A stretch of DNA of 11,000 nucleotides, taken from NCBI GenBank assembly GCA_039794085.1, contig JBDIWC010000089.1:1-11000 (forward strand). The letters run 5' to 3'. The notes below the pieces were generated by a model. That model had not been told where the DNA came from. It did no database searches and saw nothing but the letters and a program-made list of their open reading frames with translations. Made by a program: the position numbers and the translations under genes. Below are positions 1-7,663 of the stretch, piece after piece (within the stretch, counting starts at the first letter, position 1; each line of letters starts with the position of its first letter). The DNA comes from Gemmatimonadales bacterium (GTDB taxonomy: Bacteria; Gemmatimonadota; Gemmatimonadetes; Gemmatimonadales; GWC2-71-9).

Positions 1-1415
1 TGCGCCGACGGGGAGCGGAACTGGCGGAGATCACCTACCGGTATGTGAAACTCCCCCGGGAATTCCGGGGCAACCCGGAGTTCGGGGGGCGGGTGGCCTT
101 TGCCCCGGTGCCGGGGGTCGGCTGGATTGTCCGGGAGTGGTCCCTGCAGACGCCGATCTACGGGGTGCGCGCCGATGGTGGCGGCTTCAGTGGGTATTCC
201 CGGCAAATGACAGTCACCAGTGAACTGGCGGCGCGGAGACGGCTGGCGGATGAGATGTCCATCGTGGGCTGGCAGCTCGAGGGGGGCACCGGACGGGCGG
301 TGGGCGAAGGCGGGCTCCTGCTTCCGTCCGGCCCCGGCCTCCGCCCCGATGGGGTGGAGTCGGTGGCGGGCCAGCCCCGGCTCTGCCGGTCGGGCGCCGA
401 TGTGGGGAACGGCCTGGGGGCTGTCGTGGTCCGGGTGGAACGGGAGGATTCTGCCCTGGTGGCGCCGGACGTCCCGGTGGTGGTCGTGGTGGGAGACGCC
501 GAGGTTCAGTCGGTGCGGCTGGCCAATGACCGGCAGCTCAGCGTGGTTCGGCCGGCGGTGCAGGTCAAAGGAGTGAGCAGCTCGGCGGGGTTCGTGGCGG
601 TCTGCGGGGTTCCGGTCGGGGCCCGGGTCCGGGTGCATGCCGGTTCCGTGAAGGCCCCGCCGGTACATGCGGAGGTGACCGAGGCCCCGGTGCCGGTGCG
701 GGTGGCCTATCGGCCGGTGCCGGCAGCTCCTGTGGTCGAGACCCCGGCGGGGGTGCTGCAGGGGCGGGTGATCGACTCGGTGGGCACCGGGCTCCCTGAT
801 GTGCAGGTCGTCGTCGCAGGTGCCGGTCGCTTTGTGATGACGGATAGTGGAGGCCGGTATAGGGTGACCGGGGTGCCCGAAGGGCGGTTCGAGGTGATCT
901 ACCGCCGGTTCGGCTACCAGCCGGCCCACACGTTCCGGGCCTTCCGCCAGGACACGAGCCGGGTCGACATGCGGCTCCAAGCCGAGGCGTTCGTGTTGCC
1001 GGAGATCACGGCGGAAGCGAGGGAGGTGGCGCGACCGACGCCGAAAATGGCCGGGTTCCTGGATCGGCGGGCCATGGGATTCGGGTCGTTCATCGACGAG
1101 ACGATCCTCCGGGAGCGGGAGTATTCACCTCTCTCCATGGTGCTCCGCGGCCATGTGGCGGGGGTGACGCTCGTCCACCTGGCGAACAACCAGGGGTACG
1201 GCGTCATGATGTCCCGGGTTCCCAAGTGCTGGGCGCAGATCTTTTTGGATGGCATGCGCATCGTGAAGGGGGGCGAACCATACAACATCGACCAGCACAC
1301 GGTGCAGAGTCTCATGGCGGTCGAGGTGTACAAGGGGGCCGCCTCCACCCCGGTTGAGTTCGGTGGGAGCAACTCATCGTGCGGAACGGTCCTGCTCTGG
1401 ACCAGGGACCGGTAG
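1..1415 (+). CDS. 5'-truncated multidomain exported protein: end of B core + two-Cys Cna-B-like domain + CarboxypepD_reg-like domain + C-terminal TonB-receptor-type plug domain (no barrel)
   Basis: The frame is open from base 3 (RRRGAELAEITYRYVKLP...), so the GTG at 45 is not the real start. The N-terminal LAEITYRYV...GRVAFAPVPGVGWIVREW matches LREVEFEYV...GSVHFERVPGLGWIVSEW of 4693-6477. VLQGRVIDS...TDSGGRYRVTGVPEG...RRFGY is CarboxypepD_reg-like. The C-terminal IFLDG...IDQH...AVEVYKG...CGTVLLWTR is plug-like. TAG stop at 1413-1415. Confidence 0.85.
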   Translation, partial: RRRGAELAEITYRYVKLPREFRGNPEFGGRVAFAPVPGVGWIVREWSLQTPIYGVRADGGGFSGYSRQMTVTSELAARRRLADEMSIVGWQLEGGTGRAVGEGGLLLPSGPGLRPDGVESVAGQPRLCRSGADVGNGLGAVVVRVEREDSALVAPDVPVVVVVGDAEVQSVRLANDRQLSVVRPAVQVKGVSSSAGFVAVCGVPVGARVRVHAGSVKAPPVHAEVTEAPVPVRVAYRPVPAAPVVETPAGVLQGRVIDSVGTGLPDVQVVVAGAGRFVMTDSGGRYRVTGVPEGRFEVIYRRFGYQPAHTFRAFRQDTSRVDMRLQAEAFVLPEITAEAREVARPTPKMAGFLDRRAMGFGSFIDETILREREYSPLSMVLRGHVAGVTLVHLANNQGYGVMMSRVPKCWAQIFLDGMRIVKGGEPYNIDQHTVQSLMAVEVYKGAASTPVEFGGSNSSCGTVLLWTRDR

Positions 1416-1416
1416 C

Positions 1417-1441
1417 GAAGTTTGAAGTTTGAAGTTTGAAG
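1417..1441 (+). repeat. Heptamer tandem repeat (GAAGTTT)x3 + GAAG directly after a stop codon
   Basis: Read directly: TAG-C-GAAGTTT GAAGTTT GAAGTTT GAAG. Confidence 0.95.
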
Positions 1442-1449
1442 GAGGGTCC

Positions 1450-2154
1450 TTGGCCGCAATCGAAGGCGCACGGAGAGCGATCCTGGCACTGTTGGTGTCG
1501 GTCGCATCAACGGGAATTCCCGGTGCGTCCGGGACCGAGGCCATGTCATTCATCGGAGGTGTGATCCTCGACAGCATCACCTCCCGCCCGATTCCCGGCG
1601 TACTGGTGTATGTGAACGCCACCCTCAGGGACAGTTCCAACGCCGACGGGCGGTACCGGGTCAAGGGGCTCACGAGGGGGGATTATGTCCTGCGCTTCGA
1701 GATGCCCGAGGCTGCCGCGGTGATGGATGGGATTACCGTGGAAGCCACCATCGACGAAGTGGGACAGCAGTACTATCTGGATGTGCTCTGGCCTTCGATG
1801 GAACGCGTGGTTGCCGATCGGTGCGAGGAGGATCACGGGAGGCGATCGGGTCCGGTGGCACTGTTGGGGCGGGTGATGGAGGCGGGTTCAGACTCCGCCC
1901 GGGAATATGGGCGCTGGGTGGCCACGGTTACCTGGTCTGGTGGCCTGACGGGGGAGGGGACCAGTCTCGAGGGAGACCGCCAGAGGGTGGTCGTCCCGGT
2001 CCAGGAGAACGGAGGATTCCTGGTCTGCCATCTTCCCGCCGGGGTATCAGCTCGCCTGATGGTGGAAGATCCGTTGACGGGGCCCGATCGGGGCCCGCTC
2101 CCGCTGGCCCTTCCGGTGAGCGGATTCCTTGCGGTGCGCTGGCCGGGGTCGTGA
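1450..2154 (+). CDS. Exported protein: CarboxypepD_reg-like domain + two-Cys Cna-B-like domain
   Basis: TTG at 1450 follows AAGGAGG (1439-1445); the ORF-track start at 1429 lies inside the repeat. The N-terminus RRAILALLVSVAS is signal-like. IGGVILDSITSRPIPGVLV...SNADGRYRVKGL is CarboxypepD_reg-like. The C-terminal C...ALLGRV...VTW...GGFLVCHLPAG matches the tails of 4693-6477 and 7664-9145. The start is uncertain. Confidence 0.75.
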   Translation: MAAIEGARRAILALLVSVASTGIPGASGTEAMSFIGGVILDSITSRPIPGVLVYVNATLRDSSNADGRYRVKGLTRGDYVLRFEMPEAAAVMDGITVEATIDEVGQQYYLDVLWPSMERVVADRCEEDHGRRSGPVALLGRVMEAGSDSAREYGRWVATVTWSGGLTGEGTSLEGDRQRVVVPVQENGGFLVCHLPAGVSARLMVEDPLTGPDRGPLPLALPVSGFLAVRWPGS

Positions 2155-2189
2155 CGTGAGCGACCGTGACGGGTGATAGACGGCGGCCC

Positions 2190-2223
2190 TTGCGTTGGGA
2201 AGTGCGGTGGCGTATCGTAAGAT
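2190..2223 (+). promoter_or_regulatory. Candidate sigma70-type promoter(s) for the lipoprotein gene
   Basis: TTGCGT(2190-2195)-17 bp-TATCGT(2213-2218), and an overlapping TTGGGA(2195-2200)-17 bp-TAAGAT(2218-2223), upstream of SD GGAGG at 2240-2244. Motif match only. Confidence 0.4.
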
Positions 2224-2248
2224 TCCAGTCACCAACACCGGAGGAGTG

Positions 2249-3421
2249 ATGGGAAATACTCGCCTGCTGTTGCTCGCCCTCGGCCTCACCGCCTGTGGGA
2301 CGCCGTCGTCGGATCACGACGTCCGCACCGCCGATTCCGCGGGTGTCACGATCGTGACCAGCCCCGGCACCGACCGGCCCTACCCCTTCACCGCAACGCT
2401 CCAGCGCCGTCTCGGCCTCGACGACGATGGCGTCGCGGCCCTCACCAGGGCCGACCGCCGCTTCACGGGGGTGGACAGCGAGCAGCGGATCTACATCCTC
2501 AATGCCCCCCTCAACCGCGTCGAGGTGTACGACACCGCGGGCCAACGTCTCGCGCTGATCGGAGGAGAGGGGGGCGGACCGGGTGAGTTCGGCTACCCGG
2601 CGGGTCTGCAGGTGAGCCCTGATGGTCAGGTCAGTGTGGTCGACTACGGGAAGGGGGCCCTGGTCCGATTCGGCCCGGACCGGATGCCGATCGCAGAACT
2701 TCCCTATCAACAGTTCGGCTTTCCCTACAGCGGCATTCAGGTCCAGGGAGATACGGTGTACCTGGACACGAATCGTCCCCGAGAGAACTCGGCGGTGTGG
2801 GCCCTTCGGAGATTCTCGCCCCGGGATTCGGTCACGATTGCCGAACTGGTCCTTCCCTCCAGTGGCGAACTCGACTTCGGGTGTGTCAGGCTCCGGTGGC
2901 AGGCCCCGGTGCTGAGCCCCTTGCTGGTATGGAGCGCGCGGGACAGCACCTTGGCGGTGGCCGCCGAAGCCGGATATCGGGTTGATCTACGAGTGAATGA
3001 CCGGTTGGTGAAGAGTATCCGCCGGAGTGTGACGCCCGTGCCCGGAGGTGCTGTCGCCGTGCGCCGGCAGTATCCGGAGGGGCTGCGGATTGGATTCGGC
3101 CGAGGCCGGGCCGACGGGTGCCTGATTTCGGTGGAGGACCTCATCGCGAAACAGGGTGCGGCACCGTTCGTACCGGAGATTCAAGGTCTCGCCCTGGCCC
3201 CTGATGGCACGCTCTGGGTCCAGCGCTACACCTTCCCCGATGAGCCGGAACGGGTGGATGTGTTCGATCCGTCGGGGGCCTATCGTGGTACGATCACCGG
3301 TCACGGGGTACCGGCGGGGTTCCTTCCCGGGAACCGGGTGCTCTTCCCGATCAAGGACAAGGACACCGATGGCTATTCCCTCGGCCTCTACGTACTCGAA
3401 CCGGAAGAAGGGGCTTCCTGA
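2249..3421 (+). CDS. Lipoprotein, NHL-repeat-like / 6-bladed beta-propeller family
   Basis: ATG at 2249 follows GGAGG. MGNTRLLLLALGLTAC is a type II signal peptide with lipobox LTA-C (Cys codon 2294-2296). It has the NHL-like IGGEGGGPGEFGYPAGLQVSPDGQVSVVD and blade motifs LALAPDGTLWV and VDVFDPSGAYRG. Confidence 0.85.
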   Translation: MGNTRLLLLALGLTACGTPSSDHDVRTADSAGVTIVTSPGTDRPYPFTATLQRRLGLDDDGVAALTRADRRFTGVDSEQRIYILNAPLNRVEVYDTAGQRLALIGGEGGGPGEFGYPAGLQVSPDGQVSVVDYGKGALVRFGPDRMPIAELPYQQFGFPYSGIQVQGDTVYLDTNRPRENSAVWALRRFSPRDSVTIAELVLPSSGELDFGCVRLRWQAPVLSPLLVWSARDSTLAVAAEAGYRVDLRVNDRLVKSIRRSVTPVPGGAVAVRRQYPEGLRIGFGRGRADGCLISVEDLIAKQGAAPFVPEIQGLALAPDGTLWVQRYTFPDEPERVDVFDPSGAYRGTITGHGVPAGFLPGNRVLFPIKDKDTDGYSLGLYVLEPEEGAS

Positions 3422-3449
3422 AGTGGCGCACGAGGCGCTCGCCCCCGGA

Positions 3450-3478
3450 GTTCCCGGGCTGAAGCCCGGTCTCGGCGC
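3450..3478 (-). repeat. REP-like palindromic element, inverted copy
   Basis: The minus strand reads GCGCCGAGACCGGGC-TTCA-GCCCGGGAAC, closely matching GCGCCGAGCCCGGCG-TTCA-AGCCGGGGAAC at 9478-9507. Confidence 0.6.
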
Positions 3479-3617
3479 CAGAGGCGCCGGGTCCTGAAGG
3501 ACAAGGGGCCTGTTATTCCCTCTCTCCTCGAAGCACCGTGAATGCCTTGAAGGGCAGTTCCCCGGGCCCTACGCCACGGGGACCGTGGAATGAGCACCCG
3601 GCCGTGCGAACGGCCGC

Positions 3618-3797
3618 AGGGCCGAGCCCGGGGCGAAAGCCCCGGGGATTCCGCCACGGACCCGTCGGGCTCCGCGCGATGACGACTCTCGATCAGCGGC
3701 TGTGTCCCTCGCGTCCGCTGGCGCGTCTCCCACAGAAGCAGTACTCTGATGGAAGGGAGCTGCACCTACTTCGGCCTCGGATGGAGGATGGATGATG
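3618..3797 (+). promoter_or_regulatory. Conserved structured leader, copy 1 (REP-like hairpin, further stems, candidate -10 box, SD)
   Basis: Aligns with 6502-6680. Contains the perfect hairpin CCCGGGGC-GAAA-GCCCCGGG (3627-3646), conserved GTACTCTGAT (TACTCT at 3742-3747 is -10-like), and GGAGG at 3783-3787. Confidence 0.7.
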
Positions 3798-4601
3798 ACG
3801 AAGACAGCGACCGACGTTCCATGTCAAGCAGTGCGCATGTTCGGTTGCCACCTCCGGTGGATGGGCGTCGCGGCCCTGGTCACAGCCACCCCCCTGTCCG
3901 CTCAGCACGTGCTTCGCGGCTCTGCCGTTGATACGACGGGGGCTGACCTCGCGGGAGTGGAGATCGTCCTGACAGGCACTGGACGGAGTGCCACCACCGA
4001 CAGCCAGGGCCGATACACGGTCACCGGGATTCCTCCCGGCCGGTTCGAGATTCTGTTCCGCCGACTCGGATATGCACCTCTGGTCATGTACCGGAGCTTC
4101 ATGGGGGACACCGGCACGACGGTGGTGGACGTGGAACTGGTGTCCGAGGCGGTGGTGCTGCCCGAGGTGGAGACCCGGGCGCGGGGACCGGCGGAGGTGC
4201 CCCTCAAGCTGCGGGAGTGGGCCCGGCGCCGGGAATACAACGGGGCGGGGAAGTTCTGGGATGATTCGCTGCTCCGCACGAAGGAGTACCAGCGACTCCC
4301 GGAGGTACTTCAGGGCATTCCCGCGATGCGCATCATCCGGGCGAACGGAGGGCGCTATGCCGCCTCGGCGAGAGGATCAGGGGGCACAAGGCCGGCGGAT
4401 CCACGCATGCCACCCGCGTGCTATCTGCAGGTGTACCTGGACGGCGCCAGATTGTCGGGATCCTACACACCTCCCAATCTCGACGACATTCCGGTTCACC
4501 ACATCATTGCCATGGAACTCTACCGGTCCCAGGTGGAACTCCCGATAGAATTTGCCGGGCCGGGGTCGGGATGCGGAGTCCTCGCCATCTGGACGCGGTA
4601 G
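3792..4601 (+). CDS. Exported CarboxypepD_reg-like + TonB-receptor-type plug protein lacking a beta-barrel (R-P, copy 1)
   Basis: SD GGAGG followed by ATGATG (start 3792 or 3795). Signal peptide ends ...ATPLSA|Q. HVLRGSAVDT...TTDSQGRYTVTGIPPG...RRLGY is the R domain. Plug-like LPEVLQGIPAM...CYLQVYLDG...LDDIP...MELYR...CGVLAIWTR is followed by the stop. Confidence 0.88.
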   Translation: MMTKTATDVPCQAVRMFGCHLRWMGVAALVTATPLSAQHVLRGSAVDTTGADLAGVEIVLTGTGRSATTDSQGRYTVTGIPPGRFEILFRRLGYAPLVMYRSFMGDTGTTVVDVELVSEAVVLPEVETRARGPAEVPLKLREWARRREYNGAGKFWDDSLLRTKEYQRLPEVLQGIPAMRIIRANGGRYAASARGSGGTRPADPRMPPACYLQVYLDGARLSGSYTPPNLDDIPVHHIIAMELYRSQVELPIEFAGPGSGCGVLAIWTR

Positions 4602-4602
4602 G

Positions 4603-4637
4603 GAAGTTTGAAGTGTGAAGTCTGAAGTTTGAAGTGA
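4603..4637 (+). repeat. Heptamer tandem repeat (GAAGTNT-type) x5 after a stop codon
   Basis: GAAGTTT GAAGTGT GAAGTCT GAAGTTT GAAGTGA, starting 1 nt after TAG 4599-4601. Confidence 0.92.
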
Positions 4638-4692
4638 CGGGATGCTGGCAGTTCCGGTACCGTGAAGGTGCAAGTAAGGAGATGACAGGGGA

Positions 4693-6477
4693 ATGATCAC
4701 TTTGCGTCACATCGCGTGGATCTCCACGCTGGGTCTGCTGATGGCCGGCCCGGCCTCCCTGTCAGCCCAGGCCATCCGCGTCATCCTCGTCGAGGAAGGA
4801 ACAGGCAATCCGGCTGCGAGCAGTCTCGTCTCCCTGCTCTCGGAGTCGGGATCGAGACTCGTCCAGATGCTGGCCGACGAGTTCGGACGGGCCACGCTGC
4901 CCACACCGGGGCCTGGACGGTACCGGGTTCGGGGGGACCGGATCGGTTTTCTGAGCCACACGTCCGACCCGGTTACCGTCGCGTCCGGTGACACGGTCTC
5001 GCTCCGCCTCACTCTCCCGATGACGCGGTTTGTCCTGCCGGATGTAACCGTGATGGCAGAGTCCCGCTGCACGACGGCGGGAGTGGAACGACGTGACATC
5101 AGCGTGGTCTGGGAGGAGGCGCGCAAGGCTCTCACCTCCACGGTGCTGACCCGCGAACAGGTCCGGCCGGTGCTGCAGGTGACCGGTCATGAGCGGGAAT
5201 GGGATACCGAGGACCATCTCGTGCGGGAGGACACCTCCTTTGCGAAACGGGGGACCGGAGCTCCCTTCCACACTCTCCCGGATGACACCCTGCTCCTCGA
5301 AGGGTTCTCGCGCGAGGAACGCGGAACCCGGATGTTCTACGCCCCCGATGCGGGAGCTTTGCTGAGCGAGGCGTTCCTGGGGAGTCATTGCTTCACACTC
5401 GTCTCCGACAGCCGTGATGGAAGGGACCGGGTCGGACTTCGATTCGAACCAACGCCGGACCGCAGCGTACCGGACATTGCGGGCACCCTCTGGCTCGATC
5501 GGGTCGAGAATCTGTTGCGGGAAGTGGAGTTCGAGTATGTCAACGTCGAGCCCCCCTGGGATCGGCATCGAGCCCACGGATCGGTCCACTTCGAGCGAGT
5601 GCCCGGTCTCGGCTGGATCGTCAGTGAGTGGAGGGTCCGCATGCCCCGGGTGGTGGTGGAGGAGGTGCGCCCCTCACGCATGGAGACCCGGGCATCGAGC
5701 GGAGATGGCAGACGACGGGTGACCCGTGTCGAGGAGACCGACCGCGCCCCGGTAGCCCCCGACATCCGTACCCGATTCGTCCCGCGGGGGACGAGGGAAC
5801 AGAGCGGGTATGCGGTCGTGGCCGAATCCATGGCGGGGAATCAGCCCGACGGGGCGATCGGGGGGATGATCACCGGCGTCGTGTACGACTCGGTGTGTGG
5901 CTCTGGAATCTCCGGCGCCGCGGTCTCTCTTGCCGAAAGCCGCAGTGCCGCCCTGACGGATTCCACGGGTCGCTATCTCCTGTCTGTCGGAACCAGTGGC
6001 CCGGTACGCGTGAGGATCACCCATCCCGTTCTTGACCTCCTCGGGGTTCCTCCGCTGCACGAGGCCGTGGTTCCCGCCGGAGGGATCGTTCGGCTGAATG
6101 CGGCGACCCCGGGTCGGGACAGGTGGCTTCTCGATCAGTGTGGTCGCAAAACGGTGCGCAATGACCGACTCGGAGCCCTGGTGGGACGCCTTCCGGAGAC
6201 TCCGGGGGGCACCCCGAGGCGGCGCGGTGAAATCCGGGTGTCCTGGTTTGCGGGGAGCGTCACCCAGGCCGGCAGCGGCGTGGTCACTGTGGTGCGTCGA
6301 GGACACATGGATGTGACGACCGATGAGAAAGGGCGGTTCCTGGCCTGTGACGTTCCCCTTGGCGTCCCGGTGCGGATGCGGGTGAATGGGGAGACGGATT
6401 ACCAGATCGAGCCCTTGACGCCCGAGCAACGGGTCACGGTCTTTCCCGTGGCCGCAGGGGGCGACCGGTCGCGATAG
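4693..6477 (+). CDS. Exported multidomain protein: CarboxypepD_reg-like + conserved beta-rich B core + second CarboxypepD_reg-like + two-Cys domain (copy 1)
   Basis: 594-aa ORF with a signal peptide ending ...ASLSA|Q. ADEFGRATL...PGRYRVRGDRIGF is R-like. Core motifs VWEEARKAL, MFYAPDA, LLSEAFLGSHCF, IAGTLW, EVEFEYV and LGWIVSEW are shared with 7664-9145. A second R domain is ITGVVYDS...TDSTGRY. The tail is TDEKGRFLACDVPLG. Confidence 0.88.
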   Translation: MITLRHIAWISTLGLLMAGPASLSAQAIRVILVEEGTGNPAASSLVSLLSESGSRLVQMLADEFGRATLPTPGPGRYRVRGDRIGFLSHTSDPVTVASGDTVSLRLTLPMTRFVLPDVTVMAESRCTTAGVERRDISVVWEEARKALTSTVLTREQVRPVLQVTGHEREWDTEDHLVREDTSFAKRGTGAPFHTLPDDTLLLEGFSREERGTRMFYAPDAGALLSEAFLGSHCFTLVSDSRDGRDRVGLRFEPTPDRSVPDIAGTLWLDRVENLLREVEFEYVNVEPPWDRHRAHGSVHFERVPGLGWIVSEWRVRMPRVVVEEVRPSRMETRASSGDGRRRVTRVEETDRAPVAPDIRTRFVPRGTREQSGYAVVAESMAGNQPDGAIGGMITGVVYDSVCGSGISGAAVSLAESRSAALTDSTGRYLLSVGTSGPVRVRITHPVLDLLGVPPLHEAVVPAGGIVRLNAATPGRDRWLLDQCGRKTVRNDRLGALVGRLPETPGGTPRRRGEIRVSWFAGSVTQAGSGVVTVVRRGHMDVTTDEKGRFLACDVPLGVPVRMRVNGETDYQIEPLTPEQRVTVFPVAAGGDRSR

Positions 6478-6501
6478 CAGGTGGACGTGTGAAGCCGGAT
6501 G

Positions 6502-6680
6502 AGGGCCGAGCCCGGGGGAAAGCCCCGAGGTTCCGCCACGGACACCCCTCCGGGGTCCTCGCGATGACGAATCCCGAGGAACATCTGTGTTCCTCGCGTC
6601 CGCTGGTGCGTCTCCCACAAAGGCGGTACTCTGATAGAGGATGGACCTGCGCCTGGACCTCGGATGGAGGACGAATGATG
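6502..6680 (+). promoter_or_regulatory. Conserved structured leader, copy 2
   Basis: Homologous to 3618-3797. Stems are CGGGG-GAAAG-CCCCG (6513-6527), CCCC-TCC-GGGG, and a perfect CGAGGAACA-TCTG-TGTTCCTCG (6575-6596). GTACTCTGAT is conserved and GGAGG is at 6666-6670. Confidence 0.7.
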
Positions 6681-7493
6681 ACGATGACAGTCAGCCGACC
6701 AATCATGTTCAACAGCCCCTATGTTCGGTTGCCCCTTTGGTGGGCTGGTATCGCGGCCCTCGTCGCGGCCAGCCCCGTGTCCGCTCAACACGTTCTGCAG
6801 GGCCGGGTGACGGACACCACGAACGCCGGCCTGTCCGGCGTGGAGGTCGTACTGCCGGCCCTCAAACAAACCGCGACGACCGACGCCGAAGGCTACTACC
6901 GGATCGTGGGCATCCCTGGAGGCCCGCGGCGCATCGTGATGCGGAAGATCGGATTCCAACCCCTCAACTCACTGCACACCCTGATTGCCGACACGGTGGT
7001 GCTCGACGTGCGGATGGCCCCGCAGGAGGTGGTGCTTCCCACCATCGAGGTCACCGCCCGGGGGCTGGAAGCGGTGCCGGCCAAGCTCAGAGGGTGGGCG
7101 GAACGGCGGGAACGGGGCGAGGGGACCTTCTTCGACACCTCCTTCCTCCGGGAAAACGAGCACCGGGGCCTCAAGGATATCCTGCGACGGGTCACCGGAT
7201 TCCGGCTGGTGCGATTCTTCGATGGCGCCGGCTATGGCGCCGCGACCGGGACTCGGAACATCAGCTTGTCTCGGCGACCGGCCCCGATCGGGGCCCCCGA
7301 CGCCTGTTACATGTCGGTTTATCTCGACGGTGCCCTGATGTGGAGATCCGGATCCACGTCCACTCCCCCCGATCTCGACAGCTTCCCGCTCCATCAACTG
7401 GCGGCGATCGAGGTATACCGTTCCGCGTCGGAGATGCCCGCCCAGTTCAACACCGATGCCGCGTGCGGAGTCCTGTCGATGTGGACCCGATAG
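6675..7493 (+). CDS. Exported CarboxypepD_reg-like + TonB-receptor-type plug protein lacking a beta-barrel (R-P, copy 2)
   Basis: Start reassigned to ATG 6675/6678 after GGAGG, by homology with 3792. Signal peptide ends ...SPVSA|Q. Motifs: HVLQGRVTDT...TTDAEGYY...RKIGF; CYMSVYLDG...LDSFP...IEVYRS...CGVLSMWTR, then stop. Confidence 0.88.
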   Translation: MMTMTVSRPIMFNSPYVRLPLWWAGIAALVAASPVSAQHVLQGRVTDTTNAGLSGVEVVLPALKQTATTDAEGYYRIVGIPGGPRRIVMRKIGFQPLNSLHTLIADTVVLDVRMAPQEVVLPTIEVTARGLEAVPAKLRGWAERRERGEGTFFDTSFLRENEHRGLKDILRRVTGFRLVRFFDGAGYGAATGTRNISLSRRPAPIGAPDACYMSVYLDGALMWRSGSTSTPPDLDSFPLHQLAAIEVYRSASEMPAQFNTDAACGVLSMWTR

Positions 7494-7494
7494 A

Positions 7495-7532
7495 GAAGTT
7501 CGAAGTTTGAAGTTCGAAGTGTGAAGGGTGAA
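7495..7532 (+). repeat. Heptamer tandem repeat x5 after a stop codon
   Basis: GAAGTTC GAAGTTT GAAGTTC GAAGTGT GAAGGGT GAA, starting 1 nt after TAG 7491-7493. Confidence 0.92.
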
Positions 7533-7623
7533 AGCGGTCATCCCGAGCCGCGGGCGAGGGATCTGTGAACGCCGCTGGTGTACTTCCCGTCGTCCGGATT
7601 CCAGGGGTATCCTTGAATCGGAT

Positions 7624-7645
7624 TGCTCACACGAAGGCACGAAGG
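7624..7645 (+). repeat. 22-bp exact direct repeat, copy 1 (TGCTCACACGAAGGCACGAAGG)
   Basis: Identical to 9389-9410; contains tandem CACGAAGG x2. Confidence 0.9.
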
Positions 7646-7663
7646 GTGCGCAGGAAGTTTGCA

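Noticed and set aside
3618..3690. Resemblance to a c-di-GMP-I (GEMM) riboswitch (GGGC..., GAAA-loop stem, GCCACGG)
   Set aside because: The conserved GCAAA junction elements and the 3' P1-closing segment are not recognisable, and the hairpin is equally explained as REP-like. An Rfam cmscan would settle it.
3718..3735. Sigma54 promoter in the conserved leader (CTGGCGCG)
   Set aside because: The -24-like TGGC is not followed by a correctly spaced TTGC -12 element, and copy 2 has TGGT.
3538..3795. 85-aa ORF over leader copy 1, similar to the translated 6489-6674 region
   Set aside because: The similarity follows from DNA duplication. Indels between the copies and different end points argue against a conserved peptide.
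4634..4696. 20-codon mini-ORF (GTG...TGA) overlapping the 4693 start in ATGA fashion
   Set aside because: It has no SD, starts within the repeat and is not conserved in the second cassette; likely chance.
3792..7493. Plug genes as pseudogenised TonB-dependent receptors
   Set aside because: Three diverged copies stop at essentially the same position with shared extra cysteines, and no barrel remnant follows.
45..7663. ORF-track starts at 45, 1429, 2195, 6489 and 7565
   Set aside because: 45 is inside a frame that is open to the window edge. 1429 lies in the heptamer tract. 2195 overlaps the candidate promoter and precedes the lipoprotein signal. 6489 would translate the duplicated non-coding leader. 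7565 would include the 22-bp repeat and give an over-long signal peptide.
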